A DNA stretch of 64,000 nucleotides from Octopus bimaculoides (GCF_001194135.2 NC_069000.1:9637785-9701784), one strand, 5' to 3'; positions 25,668-38,389 are shown, numbered from the stretch's first letter. Numbers and translations: made by a program. The notes: generated from the sequence alone by a model not told the origin.

Positions 25668-28600
25668 ATACTGTGTAGATGTTACAGAATGCATATACAA
25701 CTATTTTAATAACTGGTTTTAAGTTCATCACCTTAATTGATTTAAATCAATCGATTTATCTATTGTTTGTGTTTTCCAGAATCCGCTCAACTGTTCCTAG
25801 GCACCCTGGGGATGATGTTTCCGTTGATAAATTACCATGTAGGGATAAAGATTCTAAACAAGTTTCTTCAGCTAGGGTAAGTATTTGTTCCTCTTTCACA
25901 AACTGACCAGGCTTGTCTGAATTAGCTCCTTACTTATTACCTCTCCCCCAGGCTCATCTGAAATACCTGTCTCTCTCTTCCTTTTGTTACTCACCCATAC
26001 TCTTTCTCTTCCCCTACTCCAGAACATCTACTCTCTGGAATACTCATCCCTCTTGCATTTTATACGAAGACATTGACTCACAGATGTTCAAACTAAACAT
26101 CAACTACATCAATCCTGTCACTTTGGGAGATAGAATTGATGAGTCATACACACCTCTTCTTCTTTCTGACTAAATTATATAAGAAAATAAATGTTGTCTT
26201 AGGTGTGGTCATGGTTGTGTGGTAAGAAGCTTGCTTCTCAACCACAGGGTTCTAGTTCCAGTCCCACTGCGTGGTATCTTGAGCAAGTGTCTTCTACTAA
26301 AACCTCAGGCTGACCAAAGCATTGTGAGTGGATTTGGGAGATGGAGACCGAAAGAAGTTTGTCATATAAATGTGTGTCTTGTGTCTGTGTTTGTCTCCCA
26401 CCATTGCTTGATAACAAAGTGTTCATGTGTTTTTGTCCCCATTAACTTAGCAATTCGGCAAAAGAGAGCTATAGAATAAGTACTTAAAAACTAAAAGTCC
26501 TGGAGTTGATTTGTTCAATTAAAACCCTTCAAGGCAGGAGTGTTCAAGTGGAGCTCTCTCCTGCTCTTATACTTTGTAATCAGATTTAAATCAAATTTGT
26601 AATCAAATTTAAACTAGAAAAATCAAATAAGGGATTTTTTTTTCTTTTCTGTATGTAACTATTTTTGAAAATCTCTTTCATTTGTCTTTATTAGCTTGAC
26701 AAAGACCCTGTGAAAAAGAGAAGGAAACGAAAGAAAGATCGAAAAATCTCACATTCAGTAACAGAGCGGGAACTTTTTGCCATGACTAGAGGTAAACAAC
26801 ATTTCTTATCAATCTTCCTTTTGGTTTTGATGGACAACAGACATTAAATGATGATGATGATTTCCTATTATTATGGTTTTTGCCACACACTCCATATTTT
26901 AATGTTGGAGGGTATGCAAAAGACAGGGGCACTTCCCCAGTCCCATTTCCACTGATTAGTTTATAAATACAAATTTACTACCAAGTTTATTTTGCTCTAA
27001 TTTCCAAAACTGTTATATGAATATCTCTTTGGAGTAAATAGTATATATATTTAGAATTTGAATCTCTTACTTCATGTTTTAATGTGTTATACTTATCTCT
27101 CCTACATTGAGACAGTTTTAAATAATGTCGACATGGTAGATTGACCAGTAAACTAGGTTTGAAAGCAGCTGGTGGAAATTCTTGAAAAACTTCATTTTTC
27201 TGCAATCAAATGAAAATGTATTGTTTGGTGGATGCTGAATACAATGCAGGCTAGAGAACATTTAAATAGATTTGAGCCCTAAGAACAATAAATGGTACTG
27301 GCATCTGTTCATTTGTTATAATAACAATTTATATTTGGAACTGTTGCCAGGAAATATTATAAGAAAATATGGGAGAAAAACAACTGATACACAATAAATT
27401 GACTGAAAAAATATCAATACTTTTAATTAGAGACCTATAAGTTGTTTAGCAGAGTTAGATGATCTAAATAACTAGAGCCTTATCTTTTGATCAAAAAAAT
27501 TTTTTAAATTCTTCTCTCATATTATTGTGGTTTAGCCTGAGGTCAGCCCTAATTGATCAGAACACATTCCAGTCATCTTAATACATTTAGGACCATTGTA
27601 CAATGTGTCCTTCCTTATTTTTAAGATGGTTATGTGTGTGATTTGATGAGATCTGGTTCCTATTTTTAATATTTTAAGTGTCTGTGTAGGGTGACAACAA
27701 CTGGTGACATCCCTAGAATAGTCTTTCATGCCCTTTTTGATCAAAGTTGGCTTATAATCTCTATCTGTGTATGAAGCTGTCTAATGTATGTAGAATCAGT
27801 TGTAAAGTTGAGCTGAACTTGTAAGCTTAATCTGTGCATGCAGCTTTCATTACTGTGTTTGAGATAAAATGCAGATCAGAGCTGCAATCAACAGGATGAG
27901 GTAGTTTTTGACTAACTCTTCAGGCTGGTACCTCATAGGTATGAACTTCTTGATGTTGAAGTTGCATCATTTTCTCTAATTCAGTTCTGCCTGGTTAATG
28001 CTAGTAAGTTCAGTTTCAATTTATGCTAGAATCTTAAGAGCTCATTGAACACGAGAAGAATTACCACTTTTTATAGCTCACTCTCAGAAGAAAGGACTGT
28101 CTGAGACCTATGACTTTTTGCAAGGCCCCCATGTATCAAGGTATTTGGTTATCTTTGGACTGGATACCTGGTCTGAATACTTGCAACAATGGGTTACTTT
28201 GAATGAAGAACTTTTGAGAACTATAATCCAGGTTAATAGACATAGCATTAGCATATGACTAAATAAATATTGTAAGGAGAGAGATATGATCTATTGAAAG
28301 CAAAGTTATGAACCTAGAACAATAGAACACCAAGCTAAATAAATAATATCTCCCAATATTTCATTTTATCCTTGTTTCTGATACTGCATTGCCTTACCTC
28401 TGAAAATATAACTACAACAACAATGATAATTGTTTCTAATTTAAACACAAGGCCAGCAAGTTTGAGGAGATTGTTAGGAGGGTGATCAGTACCATCAACT
28501 TCTGGGGTTTGACCTGGTGTGATTTGAACTCATAATGTAAAAGGCCAAAACAAATATTGTAAAGCATGAGTGCAATCTGTAAAGTGGTTGATGTTAGGAA

Positions 28601-29316
28601 GGACATCCAGCCATAAAAACTTTACCGAAACAGACAGTGGAGCTTGGTGCAGTTCTCTGGCATGCCAGCCCCTGTCCAACCCGTGCCAGCATAGAAAATG
28701 GATGTTAAATGACGATGATGATGATTTTCTCCAATGTTCTAATGATTCCACCAAATAATAATAATGTTCATCTTATGATATGTGTGTGTATTATTTTGGT
28801 TTTTTAATAACAGTTTCCCTTTCTTTATTTTCAGATCGAAGAGTTGCTTCTGGTCATAGTCGTTATGATCTACCTTTGACACCAGTTATGATGTTCAGGT
28901 CAGTTCCACCCATACAGATACCAGCTTCTGGCCCAGGAACTAGCTTTCATTCAGAATCTGTTGAATCTCTGCGGGAAATTCCAACAGACAGGACTTACTC
29001 TGCTATATCAGCAACACATAGTTCTCACTACAGCAGTTCGTTCCCCTCTTCATATCAGGGTAGTTTTGGTAGAGTGGACTCAGAATCTTCCTTACTCGGA
29101 CATGTACGATCTCATCGCAAAAAGCGGAAACAACCTCCCACATCCTTTATAGTTTATAGGCCCCAAGATATACCCCCTTTGAACTTGTCAACATTACAAT
29201 CTAATACACAGACTGCTTTATCGTCAACAGTTTATCAGCCTTATAGCAGTATTCAGCAGACATCCACAGACTCTCCCACCTCATCAAATTCTGCAAGAAC
29301 ATCAATATATCGTTAA
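8270..29316 (+). CDS. ZDHHC1/ZDHHC11-like: DHHC palmitoyltransferase, ZDHHC1/ZDHHC11 subfamily; 12 coding exons join(8270-8473,12131-12303,13039-13140,14101-14225,15415-15447,15890-15979,16296-16421,18443-18570,20000-20034,25780-25876,26695-26791,28835-29316), 1692 nt, 563 aa
   Basis: All junctions are GT-AG and phase-compatible. Translation contains [13 protein letters not shown] (typical N-terminus of ZDHHC1/11), the cysteine-rich domain [41 protein letters not shown], four hydrophobic segments and the TTxE motif (LTTFE). The small exons 5, 6 and 9 and the tail exons are less certain than the core. Confidence 0.9.
8474..12130 (+). other. U12-type (minor spliceosome) GT-AG intron
   Basis: 5' splice site GTATCCTTT; branch site CTCCTTAAT at 12111-12119, just upstream of the AG at 12129-12130; no polypyrimidine tract. 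Confidence 0.88.
9040..9110. mobile_element. hAT-type MITE right end
   Basis: Terminal GTTGGCCAGCCCTG (9097-9110) and a subterminal palindrome CTGTGGGCC-gcatgt-GGCCCACAG (9066-9089). Confidence 0.45.
12131..12303 (+). CDS. ZDHHC exon 2 ([26 protein letters not shown]...[10 protein letters not shown]), TM2 and start of CRD
   Basis: In-frame after caag at 12127-12130; SINPAD and [12 protein letters not shown] motifs; donor gtaagt at 12304. Confidence 0.92.
13039..13140 (+). CDS. ZDHHC exon 3 with DHHC catalytic motif
   Basis: ttttctcag acceptor; [33 protein letters not shown]; donor gtaagt at 13141. Confidence 0.96.
14101..14225 (+). CDS. ZDHHC exon 4, TM3
   Basis: tttttaccag acceptor; [29 protein letters not shown]...; donor gtaagt at 14226, phase 1. 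Confidence 0.9.
15415..15447 (+). CDS. ZDHHC candidate 33-nt exon 5 ([11 protein letters not shown]), phase 1-1
   Basis: ttttactctgcag acceptor, CAG/gtaaga donor, open in the required phase. Confidence 0.6.
15890..15979 (+). CDS. ZDHHC candidate 90-nt exon 6 ([30 protein letters not shown]), phase 1-1
   Basis: gttacag acceptor, gtaagt donor at 15980, open in the required phase, S/T/P-rich. Confidence 0.65.
16296..16421 (+). CDS. ZDHHC exon 7, TM4 (...[13 protein letters not shown])
   Basis: cttccttttacag acceptor; HLLLFHIYL matches the DHHC TM4 consensus; donor gtaagt at 16422. Confidence 0.92.
16454..17377 (-). mobile_element. 5'-truncated RTE-clade LINE (RT C-terminus plus 3'UTR with (GAT)n tail) spanning an N gap
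   Basis: Translation [17 protein letters not shown]...[12 protein letters not shown]...GRGRPRKT; 9-bp direct repeat TCTAATAAT at 16445-16453 and 17378-17386. Confidence 0.85.
18443..18570 (+). CDS. ZDHHC exon 8 with TTxE motif ([28 protein letters not shown]...SKK)
   Basis: Phase-1 start after tattcatag; LTTFE; donor AAG/gtttgt at 18571 (alternative gtaaga at 18575). Confidence 0.85.
20000..20034 (+). CDS. ZDHHC candidate 35-nt exon 9 ([12 protein letters not shown]), phase 0-2
   Basis: Strong atttttcag acceptor and gttagt donor; supplies the phase 0-to-2 shift needed between exons 8 and 10. Confidence 0.65.
21530..21850. repeat. (ATT)n/(ATC)n trinucleotide array
   Basis: Direct reading; main block 21617-21850. 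Confidence 0.95.
25780..25876 (+). CDS. ZDHHC exon 10 ([32 protein letters not shown])
   Basis: gttttccag acceptor, gtaagt donor at 25877, phase 2-0. Confidence 0.8.
26695..26791 (+). CDS. ZDHHC exon 11 ([32 protein letters not shown])
   Basis: tctttattag acceptor, gtaaac donor at 26792, phase 0-1. Confidence 0.8.
28835..29316 (+). CDS. ZDHHC last coding exon, Ser/Thr/Pro-rich cytoplasmic tail to TAA
   Basis: ttctttattttcag acceptor, phase 1; about 160 open codons (ORF track 28780-29316). Confidence 0.85.
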
Positions 29317-29547
29317 ACTAAGAGTCAGTTATTTAATTAAGGTTTAACGGAAAGTTTATGTATTGGTAGAAGACCAAACATCATTCGGAGACAAGTATAT
29401 ATACCCATCATATTTTACTTCATTATTATTTATGTATTACTTTATTTTTTTATATATACATTTTTTTTCTTTTAAATTCAAATTCCATTTTGATTATTAT
29501 TATTATTATTATTATTTATTATTATTATTATTATTATTATCATTATT

Positions 29548-29594
<47 letters not shown>

Positions 29595-32365
29595 ACTTGA
29601 TCGCCATGTGAAGGTTGGGTGAACAGAAACAAAAATTACAATTAATCAAAGAATTTAAAAAAAAAAAAAATTTNNNNNNNNNNNNNNNNNNNNATAATTT
29701 TATTTCTTATTTCTTATATTTTTTTTATTCATTTATTTTTTCTTTTGTTTGCTTTTTATTTGTTGTTTTCCCTTGAATTTTAATTTATTATATTTGTTTG
29801 AATAATCCATTCAGGATTTCATTTTGACTTGGAAATTTACCATTTTCTCCTGATGCAGTTTCTACCCAATGCACAAAACTAACACTCCCACTCACTGAAT
29901 TCTGCTCCAAAACTGAGTTGGATTACCAGAAGAAGAAAAAAAGCTAATTCAATATTGTTATTCCAAACTGAATTTTAGTGAGATCTATCCTAGACAATTT
30001 GTCAAAACAGCTCGGTCATTCCAACCAGCTGCGTGCAAATTAAGGCCGTAGATTGCACTTCTTTTCCCCTTTCTGGTTCCAAGTCTCAATGCAGAATTAC
30101 ATTCCAGTGTTTGATATTCAGTAAACACTTGGACAGCCATAAGGCCTTCTATGGCTCTACATATTATCATGGGTCGATAGCTTCACTCGCGATGTTGAAG
30201 AAGTGTGTCTTTGTCCTACCACTGCTTTTTATGGCAGCATGACAAAGATAGGAGGTACTGAGTGGAGACATGTACACTGACTCACCTGGCAGACATGTGG
30301 TCTGTAGTCTGTGGTCTGTGGTCATGCTTTACTGAACTGTTGAAACCAACTGAGAGACGTGATTTGTGGTCAAATTTTACTGACCGTTTGTACTAGACTG
30401 AGAAATCTGAGGTCTGTGGATAAAATTTACTGATAATGTGGCTAGTGGCTAAAGCTTACTAGCCACCTTAAAGGACCGAGACACATGTTGTTTGTGGTCT
30501 CAAATTTCATGGATGGCTGGACACAGATTAAAATGCTTGTGGTCAGAAATAAAGTCTCACTGAGATTGAATATGAGTGACCAAAATGGAAAGAATAGCAT
30601 ACAACAACAATACCACCACCAACAACAACAAAAAGATACCAAAATAAAAATTAAAAGAAAAAAAAACATTTTGTTGATCAGAAAAAAAAAAGAAACACTT
30701 GGAAAATTGTAAAAAAAAAGTATAACTGTTTTTTAATTTTTTTTTGTTTATATATTTTTTTGCCCCATTAGTGCCTGCAATTGAGCTGTCTATATGTCAG
30801 CTGACCAGGAATTCCCTTTAAATTCCAAGACATCTGCAGTCTGATACACACAGCACTGCCCCTTCCATAGTTTGTATGGTAATAGTGAGAATGCCTGCAA
30901 TTTCGGATGTTTCTCCCAGTATTTAGTGCTTCTCGAGGCCCATAAGTTATGTGGTCAGCAACCACATTGCTACAGCATTTCTTGTATCACAGCCAGCAAA
31001 CCCACATGAATTAATATATTTCTTTATTTCTCTGTCTGTCTCTCTCTCTTTCTCACTTTTACTCTCTCCTCACTTTCTCATCTTATTCATTCACTTAGCT
31101 TGCCAATCAACACACACACACACACACACACACAAACAAATATAAAAACGATTTTAAAAAAAGAAAATTCTGATTGGTTGGCTTCATACACCCATGCTTT
31201 AGAATCTAAAACAGTTTTTTTAGATAACCACCACTGTTATTCACTGCTGGCTTACTGGTTAGTTGCAGCCACCTTCTACGCAGTCAGCTCTTGTTGTTCA
31301 ATTGCCTTTCGTACATCAATCGTCATCATCGTCACTGTTGTTGTCACCGTCATTGCTGCTGTTGTCAAAAAACATCATTGTTGTCAACATCATGATAAAG
31401 AGCAATCTCATCGATCATCACCTTCATAATCACCATCATCAACATCATCATTGTCATCGCCACCACCACCACCGCCGCCACCACCACCACCACCATTACA
31501 AATATGGTTTTTTTTTANNNNNNNNNNNNNNNNNNNNNNNNNNNNNNNNNNNNNNNNNNNNNNNNNNNNNNNNNNNNNNNNNNNNNNNNNNNNNNNNNNN
31601 NNNNNNNNNNNNNNNNNNNNNNNNNNNNNNNNNNNNNNNNNNNNNNNNNNNNNNNNNNNNNNNNNNNNNNNNNNNNNNNNNNNNNNNNNNNNNNNNNNNN
31701 NNNNNNNNNNNNNNNNNNNNNNNNNNNNNNNNNNNNNNNNNNNNNNNNNNNNNNNNNNNNNNNNNNNNNNNNNNNNNNNNNNNNNNNNNNNNNNNNNNNN
31801 NNNNNNNNNNNNNNNNNNNNNNNNNNNNNNNNNNNNNNNNNNNNNNNNNNNNNNNNNNNNNNNNNNNNNNNNNNNNNNNNNNNNNNNNNNNNNNNNNNNN
31901 NNNNNNNNNNNNNNNNNNNNNNNNNNNNNNNNNNNNNNNNNNNNNNNNNNNNNNNNNNNNNNNNNNNNNNNNNNNNNNNNNNNNNNNNNNNNNNNNNNNN
32001 NNNNNNNNNNNNNNNNNNNNNNNNNNNNNNNNNNNNNNNNNNNNNNNNNNNNNNNNNNNNNNNNNNNNNNNNNNNNNNNNNNNNNNNNNNNNNNNNNNNN
32101 NNNNNNNNNNNNNNNNNNNNNNNNNNNNNNNNNNNNNNNNNNNNNNNNNNNNNNNNNNNNNNNNNNNNNNNNNNNNNNNNNNNNNNNNNNNNNNNNNNNN
32201 NNNNNNNNNNNNNNNNNNNNNNNNNNNNNNNNNNNNNNNNNNNNNNNNNNNNNNNNNNNNNNNNNNNNNNNNNNNNNNNNNNNNNNNNNNNNNNNNNNNN
32301 NNNNNNNNNNNNNNNNNNNNNNNNATATATAAATATGCATATATGTGTGTGTATGTGTACATGTA

Positions 32366-32408
<43 letters not shown>

Positions 32409-33779
32409 GTGTGTGTGTGTATGCACAAACACATACATGACCACAGGTATATCGATTTGGTTGAGAAGTTTGCTCTGCAGTCACATGGTTCCAGGTTTGA
32501 TAGCTCTGCACGACACTTTGAGCATGTATCTTCTACTATAATCTCAGTTTGACCAATACATTTTGAACTGTATTTGGTCAACTATGAGTAAACCATAAGT
32601 ACGTTTGTGTGTGTATGTGTGTATGTAAGCTTGTATGCATGTAGGTATGTATGTGTGTGTATGTAACATGTACATACAAATACATACATGTACATGTATG
32701 CGTATGTGTGTTTCTGTCTATGTTTGTGTCTGTGTTTATGTAAAAACCGGTGTTTGTTTCAAAAAGTGCAATCGGTGTTGTGTGAGAGAGCGTAACCGAA
32801 TGTCGATTGAAAATTTCCATACCAGATTGAAATATGTACTGGGAGTGACATGGATGACTAAAGCCATGAATGGACAGCCCCAGCATGGCCACGGTCCAAC
32901 GACTGAAAAAAAAAATACCAGTAGAAGTATAAAAGAATATACACTCATCACTTAACCGTTCCTATTTCCCTAGTTCCACATCATTTATATATTTTGCCAT
33001 GAAAACATAAAATTTTATTTAAACAAAGAAAAAGAAAAAAGCAGAACAACAAAATAAAATTTAAATAAATTTTTAAAAAATACTGAAAAATGTACAAAGA
33101 TGATTTTTTTTTTCTTTCATTATAGATTTATTTTAAATTTAATTTTTAATATTTTCTAATAACTATTTTTTTTGTGGGGGAATTATTGTTTTTATCAACA
33201 TTTGTTCAAAAATCAGGGAGAATATTGTGCCTAAACAAACCTATGGCTGTTAAATTTAATTAAACGCACCAAACTCATGCCTGAAGATTATGAGCAAATG
33301 TTTAGCAGAGAACTTTTGTTAAATTCTTTATTTTTGGTTTTATGTGTTGCTTTCCCATGCATTTCCCCACTTCATTACCTCTCTNNNNNNNNNNNNNNNN
33401 NNNNNNNNNNNNNNNNNNNNNNNNNNNNNNNNNNNNNNNNNNNNNNNNNNNNNNNNNNNNNNNNNNNNNNNNNNNNNNNNNNNNNNNNNNNNNNNNNNNN
33501 NNNNNNNNNNNNNNNNNNNNNNNNNNNNNNNNNNNNNNNNNNNNNNNNNNNNNNNNNNNNNNNNNNNNNNNNNNNNNNNNNNNNNNNNNNNNNNNNNNNN
33601 NNNNNNNNNNNNNNNNNNNNNNNNNNNNNNNNNNNNNNNNNNNNNNNNNNNNNNNNNNNNNNNNNNNNNNNNNNNNNNNNNNNNNNNNNNNNNNNNNNNN
33701 NNNNNNNNNATATATACACACACACACACATATATATATATATATGTATGTATTTATATACATATATATATATATATAT

Positions 33780-33844
<65 letters not shown>

Positions 33845-33987
33845 CACACATACATACATACATACTCTACCTATATCTGTCTCTCTCTCTCACTCCTTAT
33901 CATACAATCAATCTGTCTTTCTGTTTACATGTAATCAAATAATCTATATGCTAACTGATATCTCAGTGCAACCCTGTTATGTATCTA

Positions 33988-34040
<53 letters not shown>

Positions 34041-34487
34041 TCTACCAATCTATCCACTCGGTCCAACAATTTCTATAAAGGTACATGAACATTAATAGAA
34101 GCCCATTACAATTATACAGTAATTACAATTTACTGTCTCTTACTTCTATCAACATTCAAAAACCAACAGCAAAGTGTGTATATGTGTGTGGTTGTTAGTA
34201 TGTACACAGAAATATGCATACCTAATCAGAGACACACATGTATTTGTTGTGCACACATACATGCACATATGTACATGCATTTACATAGGTACATATAATA
34301 TACTCACACACATGAATACTTAGATTCTGTGTAGACAAGCAAGAAAAATTAGAATACTTGTTACTGAAGGTGGAGTGTCAAAGCTTATATCTATTATGGC
34401 TAAAACCTCATCTTTCATGACTCTAAGATCTGAAATTCAAAGTTAGAGCCATAATATATATATGTATAAATTATTTATATGATATCA

Positions 34488-34748
34488 ATATAATATTATG
34501 AATTCAGTTTCATAACAGCTATTTTATATTACCTAAGAGTTTCATGCTGAAGAAACTTTCAGTTGTGGAAAAGGAAATTAACAATCATCAGATATAGCTG
34601 AATGGAAAATTATAGCTTGAGGTTATACTTTTTCATTTAGCCGTGTCCAATGATTGTTAGTTTACCTCTCCACAAATGGAAGCTTCTTCAGTATGAAACT
34701 GTTCAGTAATATAAACGGGCTGCTACGAGACAATTCATAATATTTTAT
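34488..34748. mobile_element. Long-inverted-repeat MITE-like element
   Basis: Inner arm sections 34523-34560 and 34678-34715 are reverse complements at 32/38; similarity extends outward to about 70 bp. Confidence 0.55.
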
Positions 34749-34874
34749 AAATATCCTCACTCTTACACCTAATATACAAGTACGCATTTTTCTAGCATAT
34801 TGTAAACTTTTTGGACAACTAGATACATAGATATAGATATATAAATATATACACACATACATAAATCTATGTAC

Positions 34875-34907
<33 letters not shown>

Positions 34908-35044
34908 TGCGCATACACATATAGAGGCATGTATATATACACATATATATAAATATATGCACATACACATATAGAGGCATGCATATATATATATATGTAT
35001 AATGTTTATATATATGTATGTGTATATATGTGTGTATGTATGTA

Positions 35045-35123
<79 letters not shown>

Positions 35124-36669
35124 ACACGCACACATTTATATTTACATACACACAACACATGTAATATTGTATGCAACTCTGTATTATATTGTTTGCAAGG
35201 GATTAACTTCAAAGTATGTATACAATGCCTAAGGTTTGTTTCTTTATAAACACATATGTATTTTGTATTTTCCTGTTAACACCACTTTCATACATACATA
35301 TTACACATCAACAGGTATAATCGCACACACATATACCCGATATTATATTTTAGTTCATTTATTTTTTTATTAAGCTCTCTGTTCTTGGGGAAAATTTTCC
35401 ATTCAACAATTTAATAATCTTTTGTGCAATTTAAACCAAAGAGACATCAACAGCAGATTGTAATTTTTTTTATATTTCTTTTTTATGTTGTTCATAATTA
35501 AATAAATTTCACATTGAAATGCTTTGAAAGAACAAGGAAAAATAATGGTTTTACATCTTTGTCCTGTTTTAATATAATAGAAAAATTTCCACAATGCCTT
35601 GTGAGTAAATTTGGTAGGCGGATACTGTGTGGAAGCCCATTTTGTGTATGTGTGTCACTGTGTGCTTGTTTTTGCCCCCTCATTATTGCTTAATACAAGT
35701 CTTGCTTTGTTAAATCTCCTAACTTAGTGGTTTGTCAAAAGAATCCAATAGAATAAGTACTGGGGTTAATTTGTTCAACAATGATCTTCAAGGTGGTGCC
35801 CCAGCATGGCCACAGTTCAATGACTGAAACTGTACATACAGATACACACACACATAGTTGCATGTCTGATGAGCAGTGTTCTTTTAGCCATGTATTAAAA
35901 GCACAACTGTGTTAATGTTTTATCTTTCATTATCAAGATTTTCTTCATACTTTTATATGAGTTCCATGCTGTGATTTGGAACAGTAAAATTTTTAATTCC
36001 ATTTGTAAATCTGAATAGTTTTTATGCCTTCAAGACAAAGTTGATGTTGCAGTGTGTTGCTACCTCGTAATAGTAAGTGGGATCAAAATGATTGATGTAG
36101 ATATTAACCACCATAATTTTAATTTTCACTTTACAAATATACACAATTAATGGTGGAAGCATTACTCATCACACAGCATAATGCTAAAATAAACATACAT
36201 GCAATATACATTAGCCATAAACATAAACAAACATCTGATTGATGGTGCATAAATCCAACAGTTAAAATTAAAAGTTAGTCAGCAATGTCTACACCAAATC
36301 AGAATGGTTCTGTGTATTGTAAAGAAGCAGCAACATAAGCAGTCACATATGCCAACATTACTTCATCTTGAAGATGAGACTGAAAAGCTAGAAACGTTAT
36401 TGATGGATCTAGAAACTTTACTGTTAGAAAAATAAAATAAATAAATGCAAGGAACTTATTCAAAAATGTTAGAAAATAAAACTAAAATGCAGTCTTGTTT
36501 TGCAATAGAAGATATATTTTATATATTACACACACACACACATGCACACACAAAATTAAACGTATGTATAATTGGCCTGTTGCAAGTGATAAAGACAATT
36601 TATGCAGTTTCATTTTTGATGTGTTTAAATGTTATTCCAATCTATATGTGGCATACACACATTGAGGAC

Positions 36670-37060
36670 AAGAGCACATGTTCCATAAAAGTCTCTATGA
36701 GAGCCTTCTCCCTTGCATTTTCTCTACTGTGACAGCTTTTATCAAATTACACTGCATAGGCAATGGAGGAGTTGGTTATTTTCAGTGGAATGTTGTGAAT
36801 GTGTTTAAATTTAACTGTGGTTTCAGTGTCTGTCATGCTGAGACTAATTATAAGTCCAAACAATTTTGCTGTTTCTATGAATATGGTTACAATGAACTAC
36901 TGGTTTGGTACCATGTGCATCTTGAATGTGCAGTCATGTGTAGTGAGAGTATTGAAGATAAACAGCTCCAATGTTCTTTGTCCTGGCATTTAGTCGTCAC
37001 AGGTCAAAGAGAGATTTCATTCACTTGGTACCTGAAGTTGATGCTATAGTAAAGATCTCA
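36670..37060 (-). mobile_element. Decayed RTE (BovB-like) reverse transcriptase fragment
   Basis: Across frameshifts and stops: SLFDL*RLNARTK, THDCTF (FADDCAL-like), ETAKLFGLIISL (AAxxFGLTISL-like). Confidence 0.6.
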
Positions 37061-37879
37061 GGATGTGGCTGAAGAACAGTACTGAGGTAAGAATGCACAC
37101 CAGAGAAAATACTTTGTAGCATCTTTGTGTTCTGAGTTCAAATGTTGACAAGGTCAACTTTACCTTTCATTCTCTCTGGGGCGATAAAATAAGTGTACAT
37201 ATATGAGCTACTTCTTTCAGTATTATCTCTCTATTTGTTGCTTTACCTTTTCTCTACATTGAAGCACTTTAACAGAAATATAAAACAAATTAGATTTAAA
37301 ATTAACAACAATAGTGATGTTAACGGAGGCAGTCAATCTACTCCTTAAACTAAGGAAACTGTGTACCCATTAAAAGATTTTTTTATTACAAATTGCCTGT
37401 TATTTGCAGTAATCCATGGCACAAGAACTGTCATTGCTATTCAGTGACAGGGCAGGAGTTGAACTCAGTATGTACTGAGCCAGAACAGATACTGCAAAAC
37501 ATCCCTTCTGATGCTCTGTCAATTCTGCCAGTCTACCATCTTGGGTTGGTGCTTTTTTTTTTTTTTTAAATCAATCTTGAAGGGACAAAAGGCAAAGTTG
37601 ACCTTGATGGGATTTGAACTCAGAGTGCAGGAAATCAGAACAAAGTCAAACTCATTGGAATTTGAACTCAGAACGTAGCAGCAGACGAAATACCACCAAG
37701 CATTTCACCCAGCGTGCTAATGATTCTGCCAGCTTGCTACCTTAATATTACTAGTAATATATATAATTAATAATAATAATGAGGAGGAGGAGGAGGAGGA
37801 GGAGAAATTCACCTAAACCTGTGTATGAATATCCTTTGTCATAAAAGTTAGTTGAGCAGGACTAGTATGATGTTCCCAG

Positions 37880-38175
37880 TAATAGATTCTTTAGCAGCAA
37901 TAAAAGGTAAAGTTTGCTTTCATGATTTTTACATGCCCTACAAATTCCACAATGCCATTTAGAATCTCCTTTGAAACAAATGAATTCCTCTCTTGGTTTC
38001 CTGTACCCAGTCTGCTAGAAAAGTCTTCACATGGAAGCACAAGTAATTCCCAGTCTAACTGGGTAAAGTGGTTTGCCATAGTGTGTGGTCTCTGTTGCAT
38101 GCTACTGTTTCTTGGTGTCACAGGTGAGAGATTGGAACCAAAGGAGTAAGAACTGTTTCTGAAGGAATATGGCAT
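37880..38175 (-). mobile_element. Probable decayed mariner transposase C-terminal fragment
   Basis: RPHT...LDWELL..P...LNG...FY resembles the mariner RPHTA...LGWEVLPHPPYSPD...LNG...FY pattern; catalytic motifs not intact. Confidence 0.4.
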
Positions 38176-38232
38176 GTCTCTTACTTAAGAGAGTTATTAC
38201 CATCTTCCCTGGACACAATCTAAAGCATATAA

Positions 38233-38285
<53 letters not shown>

Positions 38286-38354
38286 TTCAAAATTGTGCAA
38301 AAACCAAAAGATAGAGACAGATGAAGAAGCAACGAACAAGGTGTATTAGTTTGA

Positions 38355-38389
<35 letters not shown>

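Noticed and set aside
30430-30475. Hairpin with an AA-containing loop preceded by TGA, as a possible SECIS
   Set aside because: No matching GA on the 3' side for the kink-turn, and the ZDHHC CDS has no in-frame TGA.
30768-30965. 65-aa minus-strand ORF as the last exon of a hidden gene
   Set aside because: No recognisable motif, no convincing acceptor and no phase-compatible partner exons found.
36365-36445. TTGAAGATGA...GAAAC as a Penelope-type hammerhead ribozyme
   Set aside because: The core is not CUGANGA and the stems could not be formed.
36678-37049. 123-aa Cys-rich plus-strand ORF
   Set aside because: It is the antisense of a decayed RTE reverse transcriptase.
37922-38149. Plus-strand ORF with a TM-like segment (WVKWFAIVCGLCCMLLFLG)
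   Set aside because: The opposite strand resembles a mariner relic, and there are no supporting flanking exons.
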